A DNA stretch of 35,808 nucleotides from Octopus bimaculoides (lineage: Eukaryota), in contig NC_068981.1 of assembly GCF_001194135.2 (NCBI RefSeq), positions 92,467,347-92,503,154 of the forward strand. Reading direction: 5' to 3'. The notes under the pieces are model-generated. The model did no database searches and was not told the origin of the DNA. It worked only from the letters and a program-made list of their open reading frames with translations. The position numbers were made by a program, and so were the translations under genes. Positions 1 through 9,303 of the stretch are shown piece by piece (within the stretch, counting starts at the first letter, position 1; every line of letters starts with the position of its first letter).

Positions 1-101
<101 letters not shown>

Positions 102-789
102 CTCGTCCGTATATGTGCATGTATATTACCCCAGCTGGGATATAAATGTGAAGAAAATCTTATATTAAATACCGTGAATATTCATAAATACAATGCTATA
201 AAACACTTACATATAGACTATTTAAATTAATGCTTAAGCATAACACAGAAGATTTTGAGAATATAACTATGTGTTAAACCTCAGCACAGAGACTATCACT
301 TGATATTTTTTCAATATTTGTTAATAATTCGAGTTATATGTAATATAATATCCCATTATATGTCGTTATAGTCTCATGCACTGGGATCTTAACACATATA
401 TACAGTAGTTAACAAGTGTACTTCGGTTTCAATTTCGAAATATTGTGTAGACCTTTCGGTGAATGTATTTTGACTTACATTCAGATCGACAGATGCAGGA
501 GGACCAACTGCAAACAAACCAATATAAAAGTGCTTTAAATTACCTTCATTCTTTCTAAACTTTTCCTGTGCTACTCTTGCATTTCTGTTATTTCCATCCT
601 TGTATGTGTTTTACGACATAACTTGTCAAGACGAATACCGCCGTGTTGTAGCTTTTTCTTTATCCACGTTAAATACGATATACATACAGAATGCTATTGT
701 GATCCAATACGGCTTCCATGGCTAGTAATTAATGTGTGTGTGTATTTGTGTTTCAGAACTGGGGAGAGAGAAGCCTAGTGCATTGAAAA

Positions 790-1327
790 GTCAACAACTT
801 TCCACAGCCCATAAGTGGATATCTAGAGAAGATCTCATTGAACATTTAAGGTTTCCAAAGCACATTTTATCGGCCACACTTCATCCAGACAATTATTTAC
901 TCAAAGTAACCCTGAAATGTAACAATGTGGGAAGTGATTCGATTATAGGAAGAACACATTGAGAGGTATCATGAAGGAAATGTTACCAAAGACCAAGCAC
1001 TGCCACATTAACGCTGACCTGGCAGATATGATGCAAAGCAATTGAATTAGACTGATGGGATATTGGGGGAAGTTTAATCTGCACGTATCTGATGGGCTGG
1101 AAGTTCTGGAGCAAGAAATAGGACGATCATAATGCACAACATCGAATCTGCAAGTAAAGCCACTACAAATAAAGCCATTTTAGAAAATGGCAGAGGGCGA
1201 TTTACTGTAACACAGAGCCATGCTGGATGCATCGGGTGAAGGTGTCTGATGCGGTGAGACAAGAAAACCAGTTGAGAACATGATAGATGATGTGTCAGAC
1301 TTTGTGAGGTGTTTATTGGAACTATAC
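790..1327 (+). mobile_element. Heavily decayed pogo/Tigger-like transposase, C-terminal part
   Basis: Frameshifted peptides STT..QPI.G, LRGIMKEMLP, ELD..DI.E..LH.SDGLEVLEQE and VRCLLELY occur in the order of pogo/Tigger motifs (NTTSLIQPMDQG, NGVWKKL.P, EVDE.DV.ELL.SH..EL..LEQE, RCYRELY). Many stops; match by eye only. Confidence 0.35.
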
Positions 1328-1392
1328 ACACATACACATAAAAATGTACGCATGCCTACACGCGCACACACACACACTGGAACACAACTGTC

Positions 1393-1397
1393 ACTAT

Positions 1398-1452
<55 letters not shown>

Positions 1453-1502
1453 GCTACTACTACTACTATTACTATTACTACTACCACCACTTTACTACTA
1501 CT
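1393..1502. repeat. (ACT)n microsatellite
   Basis: Direct reading; source of the poly-Leu ORF 1280-1543. Confidence 0.97.
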
Positions 1503-1683
1503 TTATAAACTTGATGATTGTATATAACGCACGAAGGTACTAATTTAATCACAGTAAATATTTAATATTCCATTATCATATTGCAAACTGCAAAAATTGT
1601 AAATATGAAAACGTGAAAATTACAGTAGGTTGGAATTTCTTTCATTGATATATTCTTTTATACACATTCATACAATCCCGGAG

Positions 1684-1729
<46 letters not shown>

Positions 1730-1777
1730 TAAATGCGTGTGCGCGCCCGTGCGTGTATGTATGTATGTATCTATCTG

Positions 1778-1943
1778 NNNNNNNNNNNNNNNNNNNNNNN
1801 NNNNNNNNNNNNNNNNNNNNNNNNNNNNNNNNNNNNNNNNNNNNNNNNNNNNNNNNNNNNNNNNNNNNNNNNNNNNNNNNNNNNNNNNNNNNNNNNNNNN
1901 NNNNNNNNNNNNNNNNNNNNNNNNNNNNNNNNNNNNNNNNNNN
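1778..1943. other. Assembly gap (N); further gaps at 3129-3852, 9304-9490, 13449-14146, 18421-18451
   Basis: Runs of N, each with a microsatellite on at least one side. Confidence 1.
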
Positions 1944-2078
1944 TATATATATGTCTATATGTTTGTGTGTCTCTGTTTGTCCCCCTACGATCGCTTGACA
2001 ACTGATATTGGTGTTTACGTTCCCGTAACTTAGTATTTCGACAAAAGTATCCGATAGAATATGTACTAGGCTTACAAA
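1944..2078 (+). mobile_element. Octopus-type tRNA-derived SINE (family A), 3' half
   Basis: Matches the 3' half of the copy at 29074-29500 (cttgacaactgat..ggtgtttacgt.cccgtaactta...gatagaata.gta.taggcttac). Confidence 0.9.
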
Positions 2079-2084
2079 TACTAA

Positions 2085-2297
2085 TTTTTTTACTTGTTTC
2101 AGTCATTTAACTGCAGATACGCTAGAGCACCGCCTTTAGTGGAAGGAATAGACCCCAGGATTTATTCTTTGTAACCCTAGTACCTATTCTTTCAGACTAT
2201 TTTGCCGAACCGCTAGGTTACAGGGACTAAAATCACCAATCATCGGTTGCCAAGTGATGATGTGGGGACAGACAGAGACAACACACAAACCCACACA

Positions 2298-2334
<37 letters not shown>

Positions 2335-2340
2335 GACGAA
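2085..2340 (-). mobile_element. Family A SINE, 3' half, tail-to-tail with the previous copy
   Basis: ttttacttgtttcagtcatt..actg...gagcaccgcctttagt...ttttgccgaaccgctag; same as 26040 and 27154 copies. Confidence 0.92.
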
Positions 2341-2956
2341 GTAATAATAATAAAAAAGCAAACGAAAGAAAAGTTCATGACAGATATATCTCAAATGCGT
2401 TTTGTGAGTGAGTGTATATGAGAGAAAGGAGAAATGGAATAAAAATAAAGTAAGATACTGCTAACACGGTAAAGAATAAGATAAGAATAAATAAATAAAT
2501 AAATAGAAATAAAGCTAGCGATATAGATATATTAGTACTATATGTGGTTTCGAGGCCAGACGTTAAAGTTTCAGTAGAATGGGGGATGGAAGGCTAATCT
2601 CGGTAAGGTTATCAGGACAATAGTTTGGTGTAGATTTTTAAAATTCTATTTCAAGCTTCATAGCCATTAGATGATATGAGATAAAATATTAAGAATTAAA
2701 CAAAAAAATTGAAAATTTAAATTTAAAACCTAAACTTAAAATTACTCACTAAGAAAACTAAAGTGTAAAAGGAAATATAAAAATTAAAATTCATTAAGAT
2801 GAAATTAGCTAGTTTCTAAAACATTTATGTTGAGAGAGAAGTAGGGGAAAAGAAAAGACTACACACATATACAAACACGTACATACGAACATATATGCAA
2901 GAGTACATAAAAGGCGCGCACATATACCTACATATACATACGCACACATATATAAA

Positions 2957-3080
2957 AGAAGAGCTGTGCTCGAAACTTATAACTCCTTTTTTTTTCTTCC
3001 CTGAGCGTCTGCTAATACTTGGCTAATACTGCTAATACTTGTTTTTTCTTGTGTTTTTTCTTGTGTTTTCTTCGTTTTGG
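2957..3080 (+). mobile_element. PLE-type tail relic with half hammerhead (stem II + GAAAC)
   Basis: agaagagctgtgctcgaaac...ttctt.c.ctgagcg is shared with 34933-34986; the 5' CUG of the core is missing. Confidence 0.6.
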
Positions 3081-3086
3081 GGGGAT

Positions 3087-3128
<42 letters not shown>

Positions 3129-3852
3129 NNNNNNNNNNNNNNNNNNNNNNNNNNNNNNNNNNNNNNNNNNNNNNNNNNNNNNNNNNNNNNNNNNNNNNNN
3201 NNNNNNNNNNNNNNNNNNNNNNNNNNNNNNNNNNNNNNNNNNNNNNNNNNNNNNNNNNNNNNNNNNNNNNNNNNNNNNNNNNNNNNNNNNNNNNNNNNNN
3301 NNNNNNNNNNNNNNNNNNNNNNNNNNNNNNNNNNNNNNNNNNNNNNNNNNNNNNNNNNNNNNNNNNNNNNNNNNNNNNNNNNNNNNNNNNNNNNNNNNNN
3401 NNNNNNNNNNNNNNNNNNNNNNNNNNNNNNNNNNNNNNNNNNNNNNNNNNNNNNNNNNNNNNNNNNNNNNNNNNNNNNNNNNNNNNNNNNNNNNNNNNNN
3501 NNNNNNNNNNNNNNNNNNNNNNNNNNNNNNNNNNNNNNNNNNNNNNNNNNNNNNNNNNNNNNNNNNNNNNNNNNNNNNNNNNNNNNNNNNNNNNNNNNNN
3601 NNNNNNNNNNNNNNNNNNNNNNNNNNNNNNNNNNNNNNNNNNNNNNNNNNNNNNNNNNNNNNNNNNNNNNNNNNNNNNNNNNNNNNNNNNNNNNNNNNNN
3701 NNNNNNNNNNNNNNNNNNNNNNNNNNNNNNNNNNNNNNNNNNNNNNNNNNNNNNNNNNNNNNNNNNNNNNNNNNNNNNNNNNNNNNNNNNNNNNNNNNNN
3801 NNNNNNNNNNNNNNNNNNNNNNNNNNNNNNNNNNNNNNNNNNNNNNNNNNNN

Positions 3853-4172
3853 ATATATATTAGAAGATGTACATAGTTGACCAGTAATGTAGATTTGCTA
3901 CGCTCCTCATACTTAAATGTTTTTATATGTGCAGAATATCTCTATTTAATATTAATAGTAGACTAGATATAGTAGAAAGTAGAATTATGCGATGTGTTAA
4001 GGAACGCGCTTTTGTATTCTACATTAAATCTTCTGCAGTGGGCTTGCAACGGGCATTCGGTCACTGATCGACAGTTGCAGCTATCTGTTTTACGAGTGTT
4101 ATTAGTGGAAAGAGGGGATACAGTCCTATTTTTGGAGAAGTTAGAATTAAGGGTGTTGTAGGGGATTGGCAT
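3853..4172 (-). mobile_element. Penelope-like element (Naiad-type) GIY-YIG endonuclease region, decayed
   Basis: Minus frame reads CNCRSVTECPLQAHC..NVEYKS...FYYI*STINIK*RYSAHIKTFKYEERSKSTLLVNYV, matching the Naiad CNCR..CPL..C / VVY / YIG..FK.RY..H..SF pattern. Confidence 0.85.
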
Positions 4173-4174
4173 GC

Positions 4175-4700
4175 ATTATAACTATTGTTGTTTTATTATC
4201 ATTGCCTTTGCACTGCTTCTAATGCTGGAGACGTGGTAACACCTCTAATTTTTCGGGCACCATCCGGAGTATTCGAGCGGTTCCAAGCAGTGCTGTCTTC
4301 TGCAAGTGCTGCACCCTCATTGCAGCCCATATTTGTTCCATGTACTTCTCAACATTTTTATTCACTGTTCCACGGCTCCGACAATTACTGGTACTACGAC
4401 CACAATTTTCATCGACCAAAACTGCTTAACCTCCCAAGCTAACTTGTCATAGCTATCGACAGTTCTTTCTTCCTTATAGCATGTCAGCTGGGCGTGCTGT
4501 ATCTATGATCCAGCATAGTTTGCTTTCTTTCCCAATTAAGACTATGTCTGGCTTCCTATTCTCTATCTCATGATCGTACTGAATCATAAAATCTCGTGGG
4601 ATCTTTGCATTATCATTTTCGATGATGACTTCGGGTTAGGGGTCGTGCCAATTTTTTGCTATGTCAAGTCTATACTTGCTGCAAAGTGTCCAATGGACTA
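4175..4700 (-). mobile_element. R4/Dong-like non-LTR retrotransposon 3' fragment (RLE endonuclease)
   Basis: Minus peptides PEVIIENDNAKI.RDFMIQ.DHEIENRKPDIVLIGKESKLCWIID, LAWEVKQFW, VVVVPVIVGA and LQKTALLGTARILR give the PD..D..K RLE C-terminus. Ends in a degenerate (TAA/CAA) tail near 4180. Confidence 0.88.
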
Positions 4701-4706
4701 GTCTTG

Positions 4707-5600
4707 CTATATTGTCGTCGTGTCTCTTATATTTCTTCTGTGTTTTGGGTGAGGAAGTAATCCGCTTGATTGCTTTAGAAAGCTGTTTTTTTTTAATGGA
4801 GATTTACGTTTAGAGAATTTTAAGGTCTTAATCATGAAGAGAATGTCAGCTTCGAATTTATCCAGGTCAGTGTTGTGAGGAGGATTTTTGTAAGATTTGA
4901 GATTATACTTATTAATGCCAGTATCATCAAATTTGTGCCTATTATCGTGGAAAGCCCTCCATGTCATCCTTCTTATAAGATGATTTGTTCTGCTAAGTAG
5001 AAGTAGGAGGAAAGTTAGTTTTTTGAGGGGTATAGGTATGTCCGTTAATGATATGCCGAGGAATTGTTTATCCTTATTGTGCGATACCTGTATTTAGTGC
5101 TCTGAAGGGCAATGATAAAGAATATGAGAGGTTTAGTTCACTTTTGATTTAAATCAATAGGTACGCTTATTAAGTGCAATAGTTGGTCGACCATTAGGTA
5201 CCAAGATCACAGATAAGGCTGGATCTAGGGATCCGTGTTAGTGTTCCGTTATAACATGTATATATTATATTAGAGGAAAAATCAAAACCAAGTTAGAACG
5301 AATATCTCAAGTCATTTAGAATATTTTAATCAAAGTAAGGTGAATTTGAAGTCTTACAGCCGTTTCTGGGATAACCCAAGTGGTCGGTTGGCATGTCTGT
5401 GCACTGGGTATTCCGTCATCACAGACATAGTATGAATATTTTAGACGGGTAAAATTTACAGTATATAAGGAATTATATTCACAAATTATAAGGAATAAAA
5501 TAGAAGAATAAAGTAGTGCAATAGAGGAATAATGAGTAAAAGTAGTTAAAAAATATAGGCAGGAAAATAATGTTCGCAACTCATCTTTTTCCACAGGATA
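4707..5600 (-). mobile_element. Naiad-type PLE 5' part: pLTR with hammerhead, then ORF N-terminus
   Basis: MTWRAFH...KYNLKSYKNPPHNTDLDKFEADILFMIKTLKF resembles the PLE N-terminal RMRWKAF...PP...L..FE.DL..MI.NIKF motif; HHR upstream at 5351-5426. Confidence 0.75.
5351..5426 (-). ncRNA. Type I hammerhead ribozyme with extended stem II (core C3G variant)
   Basis: Minus: GUCU gUGAUGA c GGAAUACCCAGUG..CACUUGGGUUAUCC ca GAAA CGGCUG UA AGAC. Stem I GUCU/AGAC, stem III ACGGCUGU, GUA cleavage triplet. Confidence 0.75.
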
Positions 5601-5669
5601 TGGATGTTGGTCGGTTCCTTAGTCTGTAGCAGAATAAGAGACTCAACCCAACAGATTTTTTTTCTTATA

Positions 5670-6660
5670 CACTGAATGCAAAAATAGAATCGATATTTTT
5701 ACTATCACGTCTAGGTTTCAAGATAGCTAGAACCCCCATTATGTCTTATTGGGTGATATGCGTGGTCAGTTAAGATGGTCAATTTTCTTCTGCAGGAAAA
5801 TGGGCAAACAAATATCCATGCCATTTATGCGTGTGAGACTGCAGAGCTTAGGAAAAACAATAGGTGATGAACGAATGGCCGCAATGATTTTTATTCTTCT
5901 AGTGTGTATGAAAGATCTTTAGTTCAGCTGGGAAAAATCATCTTACCTCCACTCCTTATCAGATCTGGTTGTATGAAGATTTTTATTAACACTCTGAATA
6001 AATACGGGCCATGCTTTTACTATAGCTGCAGCACATTTCTCCGCCTGAGTAGTGAAAAGATAAAAAGCTGGAGTACTGGATGAGCGTCAAATCAGAAAAT
6101 TGATGAAAGATGAGAATTTTGTAAATTCAATAAATTGCAGAAATTATAAATGACTTCCGTTCTAGGCAATAAAACAGACGACTATGCCGAAATAGTTGAC
6201 TTTAGCCGAAATAGTTCACAACTGCATCGTCTTCATGTTCACTTTGATAATTTCACAGAAAATATCGGTAACAGAAGTGATGAACATGAGGAACATTTTC
6301 TATCGGGATGTAACATCAATGGAACAAATGTATCAAGACACATGAGATATGCATAAGATGGCAAACTATTACTGAAGTAACACATCCAAGCACAAATTCA
6401 TGGAGATAAAATATAAATAATTACTTAATTTTGCAGTAGATGTTTACAAATTTTTTATAAGGTTTTCAGTAGACTTTAAAAACAAAATTATGGTTTTCTA
6501 GATACCAATTACTTAGTATGTTTGTGTTATGCTTTCTTCTTCATAATCTGTTTTATTGAAGCAAACAACGAAATTTCAAGGATCTAATATCTTAAAATCT
6601 TGATGTCATGGAATACATGGTTATTATTTTAGGTTTCCGTGTGTAAACAACCTCTAGATC
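5670..6660 (+). mobile_element. Internally deleted, decayed Chapaev3-like (CMC superfamily) DNA transposon
   Basis: Frameshifted peptides WVICV..KMVNFLL..G.W.NKYPCHLCV*DCRA*EKQ*VMNEWPQ, KAGVLDERQIRKLMKDENFVNS, LGNKTDDYAEIV, LHVHFDNFTENIGNRSDEHEEHF and DVTSMEQMYQ...MANY follow the ...KYPCFLC.WDSR...GPQIR.L.KDENF...SDEQGERFHQD..ME.RYQG...MADY transposase. Begins CACTG at 5670. Family name from memory. Confidence 0.8.
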
Positions 6661-6860
6661 TGGTCCAAAGTTTTTGAGAGCAGGTACAAGTAATGCTAAC
6701 CTGAGTTATTTTCATTAGCGCCTCACCATTTACATTCATGCTTTGTTTTCCTGGCGAAATATTTACCCCTGTATTAATAACGGATTTAGACATGTTTCAA
6801 TTTTTTTCTTCCAGCAAATCAAATGGTCTCATAGTTTTATATTTGAGATGAGGAAATATG

Positions 6861-7013
6861 TACAATATTCACATTTGACGGATTTTTGTCCTCATCTTGT
6901 ATGTTGTTAACACAACGTTTCGGCTGATATACTCTCCAGCTTTCATCAGGTGTCTTGGGGAAATTTCGAGCCTGGTTTCTCATTCCTAAGGTATTTTTCG
7001 ATGTTATCATTAT
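6861..7013 (-). mobile_element. Inverted copy of the HHR-bearing tail of the element at 7014-7710
   Basis: Reverse complement aligns with 7563-7710 (atcga..atacctta gg.atgagaa..cagg.tcgaaatttccccaagacacctgatga...gatga.gac..a.atccgtcaaatgt.aata). Confidence 0.92.
6909..6954 (-). ncRNA. Minimal type I hammerhead ribozyme
   Basis: GACAC CUGAUGA aaGCUG gagaguauau CAGCc GAAACGUU GUGUU. Intact core, palindromic ACGU stem III, stem I GACAC/GUGUU; A.C mismatch at the base of stem II. Confidence 0.85.
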
Positions 7014-7081
7014 ACACGTAGTGGTTAAGGGCGCTGGCTGCTAACCCCAAGATTCCGAGTTCGATTCCAGGCAGTGACGTG

Positions 7082-7082
<1 letters not shown>
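7014..7082 (+). mobile_element. tRNA-derived SINE head with Pol III A/B boxes
   Basis: cgtagtggttaag (A-box region), ggCTGCTAAccc anticodon-like loop (Ser-GCU-like), GTTCGATTCC B box at 7059-7068; runs straight into (TAA)n; not a full tRNA cloverleaf. Confidence 0.85.
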
Positions 7083-7083
<1 letters not shown>

Positions 7084-7131
<48 letters not shown>

Positions 7132-7147
7132 TAATAATAATAATAAT
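7084..7147. repeat. (TAA)n microsatellite, left flank of Dong insertion
   Basis: Direct reading. Confidence 0.98.
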
Positions 7148-7460
7148 CAAAATACAAAGACCTGGAAATAGAGATAACTCGAATGTGGAGTCTAAAAACA
7201 GAAAAAATTCCTATCATAGTAGGTGCCTTAGGTATAATAAAAAAAATATTCAGACAAATACATAACAAAAACACCAGGGCTTACAAATATATATAACATA
7301 CAGAAAATTGCACTACTGGGTACTGAACACATTCTACGCAAAGCACTTTCAATACAGTAAACATAAGAGCACCACAGCAAACCACAGCACATACCCAAGG
7401 CGCACAGAGCTGCGCTCGGTAGTGAAGTGAAAGCACGTTATAAAAATAAAACTACTGAGC
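7148..7460 (+). mobile_element. 5'-truncated Dong/R4-clade LINE inserted in (TAA)n
   Basis: KYKDLEIEITRMWSLKTEKIPIIVGALGII (+1 frameshift in an A run) KKYSDKYITKTPGLTNIYNIQKIALLGTEHILRKALSIQ*, stop at 7358-7360, then ~100-nt 3'UTR; (TAA)n on both sides. Confidence 0.9.
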
Positions 7461-7488
7461 AATAATAATAATAATAATAATAATAATC

Positions 7489-7548
<60 letters not shown>
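7461..7548. repeat. (TAA)n microsatellite, right flank of Dong insertion
   Basis: Direct reading. Confidence 0.98.
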
Positions 7549-7551
<3 letters not shown>

Positions 7552-7612
7552 GCAACAACAACAAGATCGAACATACCTTAGGTATGAGAACTCAGGTTCG
7601 AAATTTCCCCAA

Positions 7613-7658
7613 GACACCTGATGAAGGCTGAAAGGTATATCAGCCGAAATGCTGTGTT
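7613..7658 (+). ncRNA. Minimal type I hammerhead, probably inactivated, in tail 7563-7710
   Basis: GACAC CUGAUGA aGGCUG aaagguauau CAGCC GAAAugcu GUGUU. Perfect stem II, but ACGU changed to AUGC (U16.1 lost). Confidence 0.8.
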
Positions 7659-8410
7659 GACATCAAACAAGATGAAGACGGATATCCGTCAAATGTAAAT
7701 AATGTAAATGATCTCATATAAAAACGAATCATTAACCTCTAATTGGTTTTGGAAATGTAATAACTTGTTATATCAGTTATACCTTGCTTCACACCCTTTT
7801 ACAGTCTTAGCGATTTTCCAAAATGCAGAGTGAAGGGGCAATATAAATTTTTGATGTATGTGAAAACTTGTTTACCCCTAGATTTTCCTCTCACACATTA
7901 TTTTATTCGTTTCGAAAGATGATTTCCCTAACGTATAATATATTTTCACTACCTGAAGCATAAATAGATTGTGAAATTCGTTAGCGAAGTAATAATGTCA
8001 TACAATCAATTACCTCGGAACAAAAGCACTTAATTATTAAGTTGTTTTATTTTGGAGACAAGGGAAATGTAAAAATGTAGTCCAATATTTTGGCTGTTTG
8101 ACTCTTATATTGATATTATTGTAAGCCAAATGTTGTATTATAAAGATCAGGTATGAGCTCTTCTTGATAGGACATGCAAGATCGTTGATTTTCGGAGCAT
8201 TACTTAAAAAAAAAATGCTGACTATATAATATGCTATGACATTACAAAAAGGCAAATTGAACGTGTATATTTTCATAGGGCCATTGATCAATATTTTATA
8301 CCGTTGTCATTTGATTAAAAACAGACGATAGTACAAAGAGAATAATGTTATGCTAGCACAGCTGAAAAACCCACGAAGAATGAATTAACTGATGTTATAA
8401 TAATTTTTTT

Positions 8411-8489
8411 ACACATACACACACACGCACACACGCACAGACACATACACACTCACATACACACACACACGCACACACACACACACACA
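8411..8489. repeat. (CA)n microsatellite, imperfect
   Basis: Direct reading. Confidence 0.95.
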
Positions 8490-9267
8490 AACAATTGATG
8501 AACAATGCCACTGTTATAGCTATAATTTTAAAAATTAATAGGTGTCCATTTCCAACATATTATTGAATTTATTTATCAAACTTTTTAAATTCGTCTTAGT
8601 TTATTGCAGAAAAAATATTACTTAATATACATTCATGTAAATAATCAACCTATATCATAAGATGTCATAGCAATTAGTACAAGAACAATGTAATACCAAG
8701 GTTAGAAATGTAGTTATCTTTCTGTATTAAACAGTGTCATATATTCATAAGAAAACGACAAACCGTCAGTTTTAGACAATCTCAGTATATCGCTGGTAAT
8801 TATTTAGTATATGAGTCTGAGTTTTAATTTGAAAAACATCCGAGATCATATGGAACATCACGTAATGTGATGTACAATGTCCCCGCATGTGGCATAAGTA
8901 AGTTTTTCACCGTCTTGCCACGTTACACACTCCACGTGTTAAGAAAATAAGAAATGTATGGGTAGCCTATTTCTTCATTATTAATTCCATTTTTTTCTTT
9001 AGTCTTCTTCAAAAATTTGTAGGCACATGCATCATATACATACATTACACAAAATAAATACACACGTAAATACACAAACATACTCGCATACGCGTGTACT
9101 CTCAAACACACATATTGAGTATTTTTAGTGAAACAAGTTTATTTCAAACACTATTTATTACTAAATACATTTATTAATTAATCTATTTTTTTATCGTGCG
9201 TGTACACACGTGCAAATAAATGTGCAAATAGACATGCAATGTTTATTTGTATCTTTGCCTCTGCTTA

Positions 9268-9303
<36 letters not shown>

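Noticed and set aside
484-600. Possible exons near 484-560 on either strand
   Set aside because: Short, weak splice signals, no recognisable product.
1280-1543. Poly-Leu ORF
   Set aside because: Translation of the (ACT)n microsatellite.
5946-6770. Apparent phase-compatible minus-strand exons (GVNISPGKQ...ITQ / AEKCAAAIVKAWPVF...)
   Set aside because: The second lies antisense to the clearly recognisable transposase, which explains the sequence; no independent support.
7014-7082. Functional tRNA-Ser gene
   Set aside because: No acceptor-stem pairing, no long variable arm and no oligo-T terminator; it is a SINE head.
7361-7460. HDV-like ribozyme in the Dong 3'UTR (GCGCA/UGCGC hairpin)
   Set aside because: Only one 5-bp hairpin; the nested double pseudoknot could not be built.
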